Virus record (IMG/VR): IMGVR_UViG_3300037067_017859
Coordinates: 32,001-96,000 of that record
Reading direction: 5' to 3' (one strand)
Origin: a virus
Taxonomy: Duplodnaviria; Caudoviricetes
DNA length: 64,000 bases
Shown here: positions 16,031 to 24,986 of the stretch, one piece after another
How the letters are laid out: each line of letters starts with the position of its first letter
How positions within the stretch are numbered: the stretch's first letter is position 1
The notes under the pieces: generated by a model
What the model was told of the DNA's origin: nothing
Databases searched by the model: none
The model's input: only the letters and a program-made list of their open reading frames with translations
Position numbers and translations under genes: made by a program

Positions 16031-16563
16031 AAAACGATGATCCTACCAAATTCGAGGTTGCCTGCGTTCATGGCACATCTATTATCAGGCGTAAGGTCGT
16101 AAATGAAAAGGGATTTGAAATTCTACAAAGGATGGCGGAAAGAGCAACAAATGGACAATATCACTGGATTAGAGTAAATTATCCCGATTCGACAACAGAG
16201 CGGGTGCTTGGGGAAGTACCTGGGGCTCATAACCCTGGTAAAGGCGGTCCGACTCCGCCACCCGCTACCAAATTAAAATTAAAAGAACCAAGTCCTTTTA
16301 AAGGAGACCCTGGCGATTCAACAACCAAATGTCTTGGTTGTGATAAGGATTTGGGATACCCAACAAGCAGAAAAAAACCATCTGCATGGTGCCGGTCCTG
16401 CTATCCAAAATATAGAGCTTATCTCAAAGATGAAGTTAATCCTTATAACTATGATTTTCCGATTTATAATTATGCGTCAGGCCATAATTCAATAAATTTA
16501 AGAATAAAACAAAAAATGCAATATGGGTTCAGGATTCTTTATGCTTCATATAACGAAGGATAG
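16024..16563 (+). CDS. hypothetical protein with CxxC...CxxC
   Basis: GGAGG RBS; CLGC, CRSC. Confidence 0.6.
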   Translation: MVENDDPTKFEVACVHGTSIIRRKVVNEKGFEILQRMAERATNGQYHWIRVNYPDSTTERVLGEVPGAHNPGKGGPTPPPATKLKLKEPSPFKGDPGDSTTKCLGCDKDLGYPTSRKKPSAWCRSCYPKYRAYLKDEVNPYNYDFPIYNYASGHNSINLRIKQKMQYGFRILYASYNEG

Positions 16564-16567
16564 AGTC

Positions 16568-16597
16568 TTGACACTCGAATCGTAATCCGGTTAGAAT
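16568..16597 (+). promoter_or_regulatory. sigma70-like promoter with no downstream ORF (putative sRNA promoter)
   Basis: TTGACA, 18-nt spacer, TAGAAT. Confidence 0.5.
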
Positions 16598-16617
16598 CAT
16601 TTTGCTTGGTTTCTCTC

Positions 16618-16659
16618 GGGGGGTTCGCTTGATCGGGGCAGCCCCCCACTCCTTTATTT
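16618..16659. terminator. GC-rich hairpin between convergent transcripts (putative terminator)
   Basis: GGGGGGTT...AGCCCCCC stem followed by CTCCTTTATTT. Confidence 0.5.
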
Positions 16660-16863
16660 GCCAGTCAATTCAAGAAATATTCCAATAAAACCTCGAGACA
16701 TAGCCCAGGATTGTGCAGCCGAGAATCCATTGTTTTTGAGTATGCGACGGATTTTATGCCGAGGGTAAGTACGTTCGTAATAACGGGCAATCTGAGACTT
16801 CCTTCGTCCAAGATGACGAACCTTTGCCGCGCCTTTTTTGGGTTTCTTAGAGAGATCTCCCAT
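16654..16863 (-). CDS. small highly basic protein
   Basis: AAAGGAG RBS; K/R-rich. Confidence 0.65.
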   Translation of the reverse strand: MGDLSKKPKKGAAKVRHLGRRKSQIARYYERTYPRHKIRRILKNNGFSAAQSWAMSRGFIGIFLELTGK

Positions 16864-16884
16864 GATTTAAGCTCCTTTGAAAAT

Positions 16885-16902
16885 CTAAAGTGCTGTCGTC
16901 AT
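16885..16902 (-). other. 5-codon upstream mini-ORF (MTTAL) with a perfect Shine-Dalgarno
   Basis: TAAGGAGGT-cttcc-ATG ACG ACA GCA CTT TAG. Confidence 0.5.
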
Positions 16903-16966
16903 GGAAGACCTCCTTATGCCTGAGAGTGATGTGCGAATGATCACCACGTTTACTTCAACAACCTTC

Positions 16967-16994
16967 ATCATAATATTTTTATTACTGGTGTCAA
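16967..16994 (-). promoter_or_regulatory. sigma70-like leftward promoter
   Basis: TTGACA, 16-nt spacer, TATGAT. Confidence 0.5.
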
Positions 16995-17042
16995 TATGAT
17001 TTTGCTATACTCTGTCCGTTAAAGGAACCTCAGAAAGACCCC

Positions 17043-17234
17043 ATGGCCAAGCGTTGCGATCACGATGATAATTATGTTTGTCAGAAATGCGGCGAGTGCT
17101 ACCAATGCCAGCATGAGCAAGAAGAATTTGATGGTTATATATGGTGGAAATGCCGTTTTCAGGATCGAGTTCATAGAACCAATACCGCAGGTAAAATCGT
17201 TGAAATTGTAGGGAATAATTTCGGACAGGATTAA
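17043..17234 (+). CDS. small Cys-rich protein
   Basis: CDH...CQKCGECYQC. Confidence 0.55.
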   Translation: MAKRCDHDDNYVCQKCGECYQCQHEQEEFDGYIWWKCRFQDRVHRTNTAGKIVEIVGNNFGQD

Positions 17235-17242
17235 AACAAGTT

Positions 17243-19126
17243 ATGCATCCAAGTGTAATGGACTTCTTGAGAAAAAATATAATTGGCGAAGAATTCGAGG
17301 GAAAACGAGTTCTGGAGATCGGAAGCATATACTGGGACGTCAGCCCTCGAGACATCATCATTCCATTAAAGCCTGCCCTATATATTGGGATTGACGAACG
17401 GCCAGGTAAAGGCGTCGACGAAGTAAGATCCGCTAATGAACTGTCCAACAGATTCGAGCCCGGCTGGTTTGACGCCGTTGTTTGCACCGAAGTTCTTGAA
17501 CATGCAAAAAACTGGCGTCTGCTAATCGAACAGATCAAATATGTCCTCAAACCTGGAGGGGTTCTTTACTTAACATGCCGCGGTGAGGGTTATCCTTACC
17601 ATGAAGAACCGAACGACTTCTGGAGATTTTCCGTTAAGAACATGGAGGGAATCCTTTCCGATATGATCTGCTTCATTGAACCAGATCCGCAATTCCCTGG
17701 AGTATTCGCTAAAGCTTTTTTAAGCCAGGAAGCTTTGAGGCCGGCGAAGCTTTATTCCATTTTCCCAAAACCTATATATCCCCCGACGCATCATCTTTCA
17801 CATAAGGGTCCGCCAGTAGACCAATCTATAAAATTCACTGTCATCACAGCCACAATACTTAGACCTTCACTAAAAACCGCCTGTCGGCGCCTGGAGGCCC
17901 AAACGTATAAAAACTGGGAGCACATTGTCATGATTGACACTCCCGGCGCAGATATCCCTGAATGGCTGCCACATCCACAAAGGAAAATCAGGGTTTGCCC
18001 AATACCTCACAATAACGTGGGAAATAGCTGCCGATCTAACGCTTGGCCCCTGATAACCGGAGATTACGTCATTTATTTGGACGATGACAATCACTACCAC
18101 AGCCGCAGTTTAGCTCTCCTTGCAGAGGCTATTATGCGAATGTCTCCGCATCCGGAATGGGGAGTGTTCCCAATGGCAAGGATGGGCAAGATATTTTTTA
18201 ATGTCCCACCAGGTAAGAACAAGACTGATACTGGTCAATTCTTTCATAAGCCGATCGTCCGCGGGATTGAGATCCGATATCTTCCCATAAACGACTATGC
18301 CGCAGACGGAGAAATGGTCGAGAAGCTTTCCAGAATATGCAAACCGGCCATCATTAATCCGGAAATCCCTCTCATAAACATGCCAGTGAGAAGTTTCGGT
18401 CTGAGGTCTGACTATTTTGCCAAGACCGAGGCAAGTAATTTCTCAGTAATTATTCCTAATCGATTCGAGGATATAATCCGACCGCTTATTCATTCGATCA
18501 AATTGCACGAACAGGATCCATGCCTGAACGTCCTTATTGTCGGAGATTGTCATAGTAGGGATTACGGATTTTCAAACCTAAGACTGGATTATGAAAAATT
18601 CATCTTTTCCCGAAACGTCAATGCCGGAATCAGGTATGTGGATCCAGATGACGTAATTCTTGTGAATGATGATATTCGTCTAATAATGCCTACCTTCCAA
18701 ATCCTTCACCGGATTATGCAGGAAAATCCAAAAATAGGGATACTCACGCCTTTAGTCGATGGAGGAGTGGGAAACCCTAAACAAGTCGCTGAAAATGTGC
18801 TGACTGGAAACACCATGCCTCCTGAATTAACCTATTCAGCTTGCACTAAAGACGATTATCTTACCTTCCCTATTGTCTGCCTGAAGAGAAAACTCCTCAA
18901 TGAGATGCTTTTCAATGAGGATTTTGTGTCTTACGGGAAAGATGACGCTGACTTTTGCATTCGCGCCGGCCGGCTTGGATGGAAAGCAGCGGTTTACAAC
19001 TGGATTGTCTGCCAACATGGCTCGGGCGGAAGTGAGAACCTCCGCGGAAAGAATTGGAATACGTCTTTCATGCGGCGCCCGGAACTTTTGGTAGGAGAAG
19101 ATGTTTTTTCCAAAATTCACAAGTAA
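17243..19126 (+). CDS. class I SAM methyltransferase fused to two GT2-family glycosyltransferase domains
   Basis: VLEIGS...CTEVLEH...LKPGG; VITAT...YLDDDN; VIIPN...NAG...LVNDD...DDADFCIR. Confidence 0.85.
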   Translation: MHPSVMDFLRKNIIGEEFEGKRVLEIGSIYWDVSPRDIIIPLKPALYIGIDERPGKGVDEVRSANELSNRFEPGWFDAVVCTEVLEHAKNWRLLIEQIKYVLKPGGVLYLTCRGEGYPYHEEPNDFWRFSVKNMEGILSDMICFIEPDPQFPGVFAKAFLSQEALRPAKLYSIFPKPIYPPTHHLSHKGPPVDQSIKFTVITATILRPSLKTACRRLEAQTYKNWEHIVMIDTPGADIPEWLPHPQRKIRVCPIPHNNVGNSCRSNAWPLITGDYVIYLDDDNHYHSRSLALLAEAIMRMSPHPEWGVFPMARMGKIFFNVPPGKNKTDTGQFFHKPIVRGIEIRYLPINDYAADGEMVEKLSRICKPAIINPEIPLINMPVRSFGLRSDYFAKTEASNFSVIIPNRFEDIIRPLIHSIKLHEQDPCLNVLIVGDCHSRDYGFSNLRLDYEKFIFSRNVNAGIRYVDPDDVILVNDDIRLIMPTFQILHRIMQENPKIGILTPLVDGGVGNPKQVAENVLTGNTMPPELTYSACTKDDYLTFPIVCLKRKLLNEMLFNEDFVSYGKDDADFCIRAGRLGWKAAVYNWIVCQHGSGGSENLRGKNWNTSFMRRPELLVGEDVFSKIHK

Positions 19127-19137
19127 ACCCGGTTTAC
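19123..19137. promoter_or_regulatory. 15-bp palindromic motif GTAAACCCGGTTTAC (exact)
   Basis: Overlaps the stop codon of the MTase-GT gene. Confidence 0.7.
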
Positions 19138-19290
19138 ATCCAACTTTCACTTTTTTCACCCTCGTATAATGCCCCAGGATCAACAATCATCCTTCCACTG
19201 CCATACGAATACCTTGTCGGGTGGATTAATTAGGCTGTTCATGGAATGCCAAGCCAGGCGGGGTGTTTTAGTAATTAGTCAAACCCTGGT

Positions 19291-19731
19291 TTACGAGAAT
19301 AAAAGAGCTTGTTGTTTCTTTTTCTCTTTTTTCTGGAAAAAAGCAGCGGCGGCGGCACGGGCTTCTTCTTTGTGACGGTTAATTTCTGCTTCTAATCTTT
19401 TCATTTCTATTCGTTCCTGCGCTGCGTCATAAAGCCATTTACTGAATAGGCCGGGAATTCTCTCAATTGCCTTTTCCATGTCCCGGCGCCTCCCGGACTT
19501 AATCCCGGTTTTCCCATTGCAGAAACAACCAGGATCATATCCGAGAGATCCATCGCGGAAGAAAAAGAATCCCCGAATCCAATGGCACCTTCTACATTCC
19601 AAAAGTTTGAGTTTATGGCCATTGGAATAAGCGGACTTCAGCTTTTCATAATCTTCATCGGTCATACCATCTCTCCGGGGAACTGTTCGGTTCCTGATAC
19701 AGATCGTCGAATGATGTATATTCTCCGACAT
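19291..19731 (-). CDS. hypothetical Cys-containing protein (likely start ~19665)
   Basis: CRRC...CFC; ATGA overlap with the dnaB stop region. Confidence 0.55.
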   Translation of the reverse strand: MSENIHHSTICIRNRTVPRRDGMTDEDYEKLKSAYSNGHKLKLLECRRCHWIRGFFFFRDGSLGYDPGCFCNGKTGIKSGRRRDMEKAIERIPGLFSKWLYDAAQERIEMKRLEAEINRHKEEARAAAAAFFQKKEKKKQQALLFS

Positions 19732-21007
19732 AATTCATTTGGAAGCTGCCAGTCGCTCCGTTTCGTTGTTTGCCGATGATTACTTCTGCTATTCCTTGAG
19801 ATTCCTCGTTATTATTTTCTGCGTGACGATGTAGAAGCACAATCAAATCCGCATCTTGCTCGATCTGACCGGACTGCCTGAGATCTGAAATCTTTGGGCT
19901 GGAGTCTTTGCGATTTTCAGTGCCACGATTAAGCTGCGCGGCTGCCACGACAGCAACATCCATGGATTTAGCCATACCCTTCAGACTCATGGAAATATTG
20001 CTGATTTTCTCCACGTCATTGCGGCTGATGAGATGTTTTGGTGGAGCGACGAGTTGTAAATAATCTATCAAAATAATGGAAATAGGGCTGCGAAGGCGCC
20101 GGACTCGGGAACGGATATCGGAAACCATCAAGGAAGAACTGTCGTCAATCCAGATGGGCATTTGGGAGAGTTCACCGGCTGCGCGGGAAATCTTATTCCA
20201 ATCTTCCTTGTTCAGATATCCAGTATTCATCCTGGCAAGAGGCACCCTGCCGAATTCAGCAATCATTCGCATAATAAGCTGAGGAGCCGCCATTTCCAGA
20301 GAAAAGACAGCCTGGGGAACGCCTTTTCCTCCCATGCGCCTGCACATTCCCATCAGCAACGAGGTCTTACCGGATCCCGGCCGGCCAGCGATGATATCCA
20401 ATTCTTTTTTCTGGAATCCGCGGTGAACAATACGATCGAAATCAGCATATCCAGTATGGAATCCTCCTGTTTCCTTCCGATCGCTTATTTCTTCGATCGT
20501 TTTAAAGGTTTCGGTAACTAACTCTGAAATATGGGTTAACCCTGATTTTCGATTTATCCTCCCTAATTCTTCATCAATCCCCGAAAAGGTATCCGAAACG
20601 ATTTCCGTGAATTTTTCCTGAGCCTCATAACACCTGCCCATTAGTTCTGAACCTATTTTAACGCCTACTCGCAGAGCTCTCTGTTCTCTGAGAATGTCTA
20701 TATATTGCTGCGCCAAAGCCTCGTTATATGAAGGGAACCAATCTGTTAGGTTGGCAAGATAGGCGGCGCCGCCACAAGCATCCAATTCATTTTTTTGCCG
20801 CAATTTATCTTTTACTGTGATGAGATCTGGACCGACTCCTTCTTCAACTAGATCTTTTATGGCTCTCCAAATTCTCCGGTTTGCTTCTAAGTAAAAATTA
20901 TCAGCCTCGAGATCGGCTTCAAGGCGGCCACTCGCAAGAGTAAATCCCAAAACGAAGCGTTCCACTTCTAAATTATTTGGAAGAACCTTTTCAAGAGTTA
21001 TGTCCAT
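19655..21007 (-). CDS. dnaB: replicative DNA helicase DnaB
   Basis: AGRPGSGKT, FSLEM, IDYLQL, AQLNR, SDLRQSGQIEQDAD, KQRNG. Confidence 0.95.
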   Translation of the reverse strand: MDITLEKVLPNNLEVERFVLGFTLASGRLEADLEADNFYLEANRRIWRAIKDLVEEGVGPDLITVKDKLRQKNELDACGGAAYLANLTDWFPSYNEALAQQYIDILREQRALRVGVKIGSELMGRCYEAQEKFTEIVSDTFSGIDEELGRINRKSGLTHISELVTETFKTIEEISDRKETGGFHTGYADFDRIVHRGFQKKELDIIAGRPGSGKTSLLMGMCRRMGGKGVPQAVFSLEMAAPQLIMRMIAEFGRVPLARMNTGYLNKEDWNKISRAAGELSQMPIWIDDSSSLMVSDIRSRVRRLRSPISIILIDYLQLVAPPKHLISRNDVEKISNISMSLKGMAKSMDVAVVAAAQLNRGTENRKDSSPKISDLRQSGQIEQDADLIVLLHRHAENNNEESQGIAEVIIGKQRNGATGSFQMNYVGEYTSFDDLYQEPNSSPERWYDR

Positions 21008-21771
21008 TAGCGCTCTCCTATAACATCACAGATTTCTTCCAATCTGCGCGTAAGAGCTTCGCCATAGGATTCCCTAAAAAATTCCAGATTATAATTTGTC
21101 GCTACGCTGAGACGAACAATATCCGGGTTCATGTAGCAAAAATCTATTACTTCGAAAAATTTAGAGAAGGAATATTCCGTATCGCCAAGTTTGCCACATT
21201 CATCAATGAACAAATGCGCAGGGTTATTACTATTTTTCTCGAAATCAGAGACGCTAAACCCTTCAGGGCAGTTTGGTTTGAATTCATCAAGCTTCATTTT
21301 GCGAATCATTTCCGAACACGTCATATAAAACGCATTACGGCCGGCGTAAAGAGATTCCTTGAAGAGCGCCCACATAAGATAGGTTTTACCTGTGGAAGTA
21401 TTTCCACAAAATAAATAACCTCCAAGAGGATTTTTATTCAGAGCTTTAATAATCTCCGTCTGAGTATTCACATCAAGAGCAACGAATTTACTTGGCTTTA
21501 TATCTTTCAGTCTTGGCTCTAATCGGTATCTCCCGGGAACTAATTCTTTAATCAGTTTTTCCACTCTCAGGATCTCGCGGCACCAGCAGGTCCGGCACCT
21601 GGTCCTTTCCGGGTTCCAAATCACTCCCTCGTCCTGGCACTTTTCGCATTTTGGCGGGGGTGATGGTAAAAGAAGTTCCGGATGTTCCGCCCAATTCTTT
21701 TCCATCCTTTCCCGGATACCCGCCAGAACCTCCCCTATTTTTCCGCTTACGGGCTTCAGATCGTTCGTCAT
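21007..21771 (-). CDS. DnaC/IstB-like AAA+ helicase loader
   Basis: CEKCQDEG...CWC; Walker A GNTSTGKT; Walker B LFIDE; ATN; TRRL; start at MTND with GGGAG RBS. Confidence 0.85.
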   Translation of the reverse strand: MTNDLKPVSGKIGEVLAGIRERMEKNWAEHPELLLPSPPPKCEKCQDEGVIWNPERTRCRTCWCREILRVEKLIKELVPGRYRLEPRLKDIKPSKFVALDVNTQTEIIKALNKNPLGGYLFCGNTSTGKTYLMWALFKESLYAGRNAFYMTCSEMIRKMKLDEFKPNCPEGFSVSDFEKNSNNPAHLFIDECGKLGDTEYSFSKFFEVIDFCYMNPDIVRLSVATNYNLEFFRESYGEALTRRLEEICDVIGER

Positions 21772-22639
21772 ATTGGCTTCTCCCAAAGTCATGTTGATAA
21801 GTTCCTGCCAGCACGGAGTTAATTCGGCCAAGATCTTTAGCCAACCATACCGGCGACATATAATGCCTGTTTGTATGATGCGTTGTTGATCCAAGGGTAC
21901 GAACGAATTCCGCCCATTTCTCTTCTGGCCCTATGCCGTTCGCTTTCCCAATTTTATTAAACGCTTCGACTAATTCTGTGACTTTCTCATATTCTTTTAT
22001 TATCGCTGTAGGAAGAGGTCCTTTATTTTCTTCCCAAATTTCAAAGAGTCTTTCTGGTGTTAAGGGGGTTTGGGGGTTATTAATAACAGATTGTTTTATA
22101 TCTGTTATTAATATAGAGGAAGTAGAAGAAGAAGAGGAAGTAGAAGTGGTGGGGATAGGGGTAAGGTTAAGCAAATCCTCTAATGCTTTTCTTTTCTTAA
22201 TTTGTAGAAGCGATGGATTTCCTCCCAATGACCCGCTAACCCTTCGGATCTGTGACAGTTTTTGGTCACGAATCATGCGCCGGCTGTAAATAATTCCTGT
22301 TTTTGGATCCTTGCTGGCTACTCCTAATTCAAGAATTTTGTCTATTATTTTTTGGGCCTTTTCCTCGCTAACGGCAAGAATATTTGCTATCCCATTTATT
22401 GGCATTGGACGTCCATTAATGATCAACCGTCCGATATTTTCGGACTCATGCATGGTTAACATAAGTTCGATCCAGGCTCCTTTATGTTCCAAATCTAAGC
22501 ATTGAACTCCAGGGTCCTTTTTCCAGTCTCCTGGATAAAGTTGGAACGCAGGTTTTTTAGATGAGCGATGACCCTTTTTCTCATTTTCTGTCGTTTCTCG
22601 AAGAATAGTCCTAATTGGCATTTTACTTTTTCCCATCAC
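21548..22639 (-). CDS. phage replication initiator (lambda-O/YdaU-like N-terminus)
   Basis: KKPAFQLYPGDW...GAWIELM...IYSRRM; Ser/Thr linker; directly upstream of the loader and helicase. Confidence 0.75.
   Translation of the reverse strand: MMGKSKMPIRTILRETTENEKKGHRSSKKPAFQLYPGDWKKDPGVQCLDLEHKGAWIELMLTMHESENIGRLIINGRPMPINGIANILAVSEEKAQKIIDKILELGVASKDPKTGIIYSRRMIRDQKLSQIRRVSGSLGGNPSLLQIKKRKALEDLLNLTPIPTTSTSSSSSTSSILITDIKQSVINNPQTPLTPERLFEIWEENKGPLPTAIIKEYEKVTELVEAFNKIGKANGIGPEEKWAEFVRTLGSTTHHTNRHYMSPVWLAKDLGRINSVLAGTYQHDFGRSQYDERSEARKRKNRGGSGGYPGKDGKELGGTSGTSFTITPAKMRKVPGRGSDLEPGKDQVPDLLVPRDPESGKTD
22078..22146. repeat. putative replication origin repeats inside the initiator gene
   Basis: Perfect 14-bp AT-rich inverted repeat TATTAATAACAGAT (22078-22091 / 22100-22113) plus direct repeat AGAGGAAGTAGAAG x2. 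Confidence 0.55.
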
Positions 22640-23624
22640 ACAACCTCTCTATAAATGCCAGCAATTCTTCTTCAGGATTAAACCACTCTCCACCAATTCC
22701 AAGATGTGAGAAAACTTTATGACAAAATTTCTCTATCTCTTGAGTTCCCGGGAAAATTCCTATTATTTTTAGCTTAACAGGACTTGCAGTTTGTAGCGTT
22801 TTAAGGCGATCTTTAGGATTATTCGCCCACCCGATTTTAATAGGAGAGCCTTCAGTCCCTTGAACGAAATAAACATACCCATTTAAATAATCTTTTTTCC
22901 GGTTTCTTTTCTCTTCTTTTTCTAATTCTCCTTTACAATTTCCATCGCTAATTCTTTGAATCATTGATATTTGAGCGCATATCTCATCATGATCCATGTC
23001 TTTAGGCCACCGCGGCCAATATACTTGGTCCTCTCCGATTATTAATGGTGTCGTAAGGCCAACGGGTTTTTCAAAATTAGGATGGCAACCTCTACAGGGA
23101 TGATATTTATATCCAGTGATTGCGAGAATAGCAGGGATTCCCAAAACCATAAGCTCAATCCCTTTTCCGTGACATAAACGGCATTGGGGATTTGCTGTCG
23201 GATCCGACTGAAGGCTTAAGAGGAAGCTTTCGATTATTTGGTTTGTGAAATCTATTTGTGAATCGTTTTCGAAGGGAGGGATTGTGTTTCCCTCCCCCGG
23301 TTTTTCGCCATTTTTTTCGCGTATAGAAATCTTTGCAGACGAGTCAACCTCTTTTGTATCACTTCTATTTGAAGTCTTCAAGCACGAAAGAAGAAACTTA
23401 TAGCCAGTGCGTTTTTTGAATGTGGCTTCAAGAGCCTCAATAATTGTATCCGGATCTCTACCAGCTTTTTCCCATGCTTGGTCTGCTATATTATGCAGAT
23501 CAGGATCATCCTTTTTATTGTGATGGAATAATCCTGATTTGAGAGCTTTTTTTAAAGCATCACTGATATCACGAGATCCTTTAGGGTGTAATTTTCCCGT
23601 AAGGCTATCCCAAGTTTCTCCCAT
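22623..23624 (-). CDS. protein with zinc finger and C-terminal GIY-YIG (T5orf172-like) domain
   Basis: CRLCHGKG...CRGC; GYVYFVQ...IKIGWANNPKDRLKTLQT...GEWF. Confidence 0.8.
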   Translation of the reverse strand: MGETWDSLTGKLHPKGSRDISDALKKALKSGLFHHNKKDDPDLHNIADQAWEKAGRDPDTIIEALEATFKKRTGYKFLLSCLKTSNRSDTKEVDSSAKISIREKNGEKPGEGNTIPPFENDSQIDFTNQIIESFLLSLQSDPTANPQCRLCHGKGIELMVLGIPAILAITGYKYHPCRGCHPNFEKPVGLTTPLIIGEDQVYWPRWPKDMDHDEICAQISMIQRISDGNCKGELEKEEKRNRKKDYLNGYVYFVQGTEGSPIKIGWANNPKDRLKTLQTASPVKLKIIGIFPGTQEIEKFCHKVFSHLGIGGEWFNPEEELLAFIERLCDGKK

Positions 23625-23630
23625 AAAATC

Positions 23631-23879
23631 CTACTTTTTGTGAATCCGATCGGTATATTCATCTTTGCGCCGGTGACAATCAAAGCAAAGACCTTGAGCG
23701 TTTAGACGTTCATCTCCCCCTAATTGTGACCTTTTCTTTCTATGATCCCGAGTGAGCGGCTTTATATGCCCACATCCAATACAATAGCCATCCTGGGAAT
23801 CAAAAATATCCTGGCGCTGAGAATTATAATCAGGCTTCGATAATTTGATCCTCTTGACCTTCCAATTTGGGTTTGGCAT
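23631..23879 (-). CDS. HNH endonuclease
   Basis: CIGCG...DH...GG...N...LCFDCH. Confidence 0.85.
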   Translation of the reverse strand: MPNPNWKVKRIKLSKPDYNSQRQDIFDSQDGYCIGCGHIKPLTRDHRKKRSQLGGDERLNAQGLCFDCHRRKDEYTDRIHKK

Positions 23880-24642
23880 CGCGCCCTGCTTCCACCCACG
23901 TTGCCAATTGAGCTATTAGACGATCATAAATGTGGGCCTGGTTTCTGTCTATTTGTTCGTAGCACCTTTGGATCACTCCCATCAAAAAGGAGTTCCGATT
24001 CTGCAATCGCCCGGCGCCATCGTCTCTGTAACCGGAAAGAAATTCCCGGAAGATCATGCATAAAGCTTCAGTTTTCTTTTCAATGCCGGTTTCCATCTGG
24101 ACAATACGGAGAGCTTCAGTAAAGTCAAAATACTGGCTGCCGACAAAAGAAAGCATTTCGACAATGACTTCTTCTCTTGGATCCCTTGTCGTGGCGACGC
24201 CTTCCGTAATAGCTGCTTTCACCCGCCGATGGAAGGTGTCTCTGTCTTCTTCCATGGCATGTGCAAAGTAATTATTGGGAATTACGCCGAAATGATTGTG
24301 GATTTTAACCAGGTCCCGGCATTTCGTGGGGCCGATCTCGCTTAAAACTTTATGATCGCAATGTCCAAGAGTCTGACCAATTCGGATCAGATCGTAATAA
24401 TATTGCCTGGAGTGAGAAAATGTAGCCTCAACATATTGGCTTTCATCCTCAAATCCTCTGACCTTCCAATACCGATTCCGATGAGCTTCAAGAAGATTCA
24501 GGCAGAGAAGCATCATGTTTTTTTCTACTGTCTGTTCTGCTTTATTTTTCCATTCAAGGAGACGATCAATTTCTTGAAGGACTTGGTTGGCTCTGACTGG
24601 ATCTATTACTTCGACTAGGGATTGTTCTTGAGCTTCTTCCAT
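23830..24642 (-). CDS. hypothetical DNA-binding protein
   Basis: YWKxRGFxxxxQY...SRQYYYDLIRIG helical pattern seen in phage replication regions. Confidence 0.65.
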   Translation of the reverse strand: MEEAQEQSLVEVIDPVRANQVLQEIDRLLEWKNKAEQTVEKNMMLLCLNLLEAHRNRYWKVRGFEDESQYVEATFSHSRQYYYDLIRIGQTLGHCDHKVLSEIGPTKCRDLVKIHNHFGVIPNNYFAHAMEEDRDTFHRRVKAAITEGVATTRDPREEVIVEMLSFVGSQYFDFTEALRIVQMETGIEKKTEALCMIFREFLSGYRDDGAGRLQNRNSFLMGVIQRCYEQIDRNQAHIYDRLIAQLATWVEAGRDAKPKLEGQEDQIIEA

Positions 24643-24967
24643 CGACGGCCATCCCTTTCAGTAATTGTTCTAAATTTGGCAATGATAGCTTTTTTTTAAG
24701 TATATATCGCTCATAAGCTCTGGCTTCACTTAAAAATCCAAAAACCGGATCTCCCACTTTTCCCCTACTGCGCCAGCTTATTATATGCAATCGGGCGAGT
24801 TCGCAATCTATCCCTATTTTATTACATAGAACCCGAAACCATTGCTCTCCAAAGAGAACCCTTTTGGCATCCATCCGATGCTTGGCAGGAGTGTCTTTGA
24901 AGAGATAGTCCTTCTCTGCCCTTCTTACGATATCGATCAAGATCCGCACTCGCTGCGGAGTATCCAA
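24566..24967 (-). CDS. conserved phage hypothetical protein (start uncertain; the longer ORF overlaps ssb)
   Basis: IVRRAEKDY...DAxxxLF...FxxLCxxIGID pattern. Confidence 0.5.
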   Translation of the reverse strand: MDTPQRVRILIDIVRRAEKDYLFKDTPAKHRMDAKRVLFGEQWFRVLCNKIGIDCELARLHIISWRSRGKVGDPVFGFLSEARAYERYILKKKLSLPNLEQLLKGMAVDGRSSRTIPSRSNRSSQSQPSPSRN

Positions 24968-24986
24968 ATCAAGATCGAATGGCCAA

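Noticed and set aside
19170-19270. tRNA gene
   Set aside because: Cloverleaf-like, but it lacks T-loop and D-loop consensus, a 7-bp acceptor stem and CCA.
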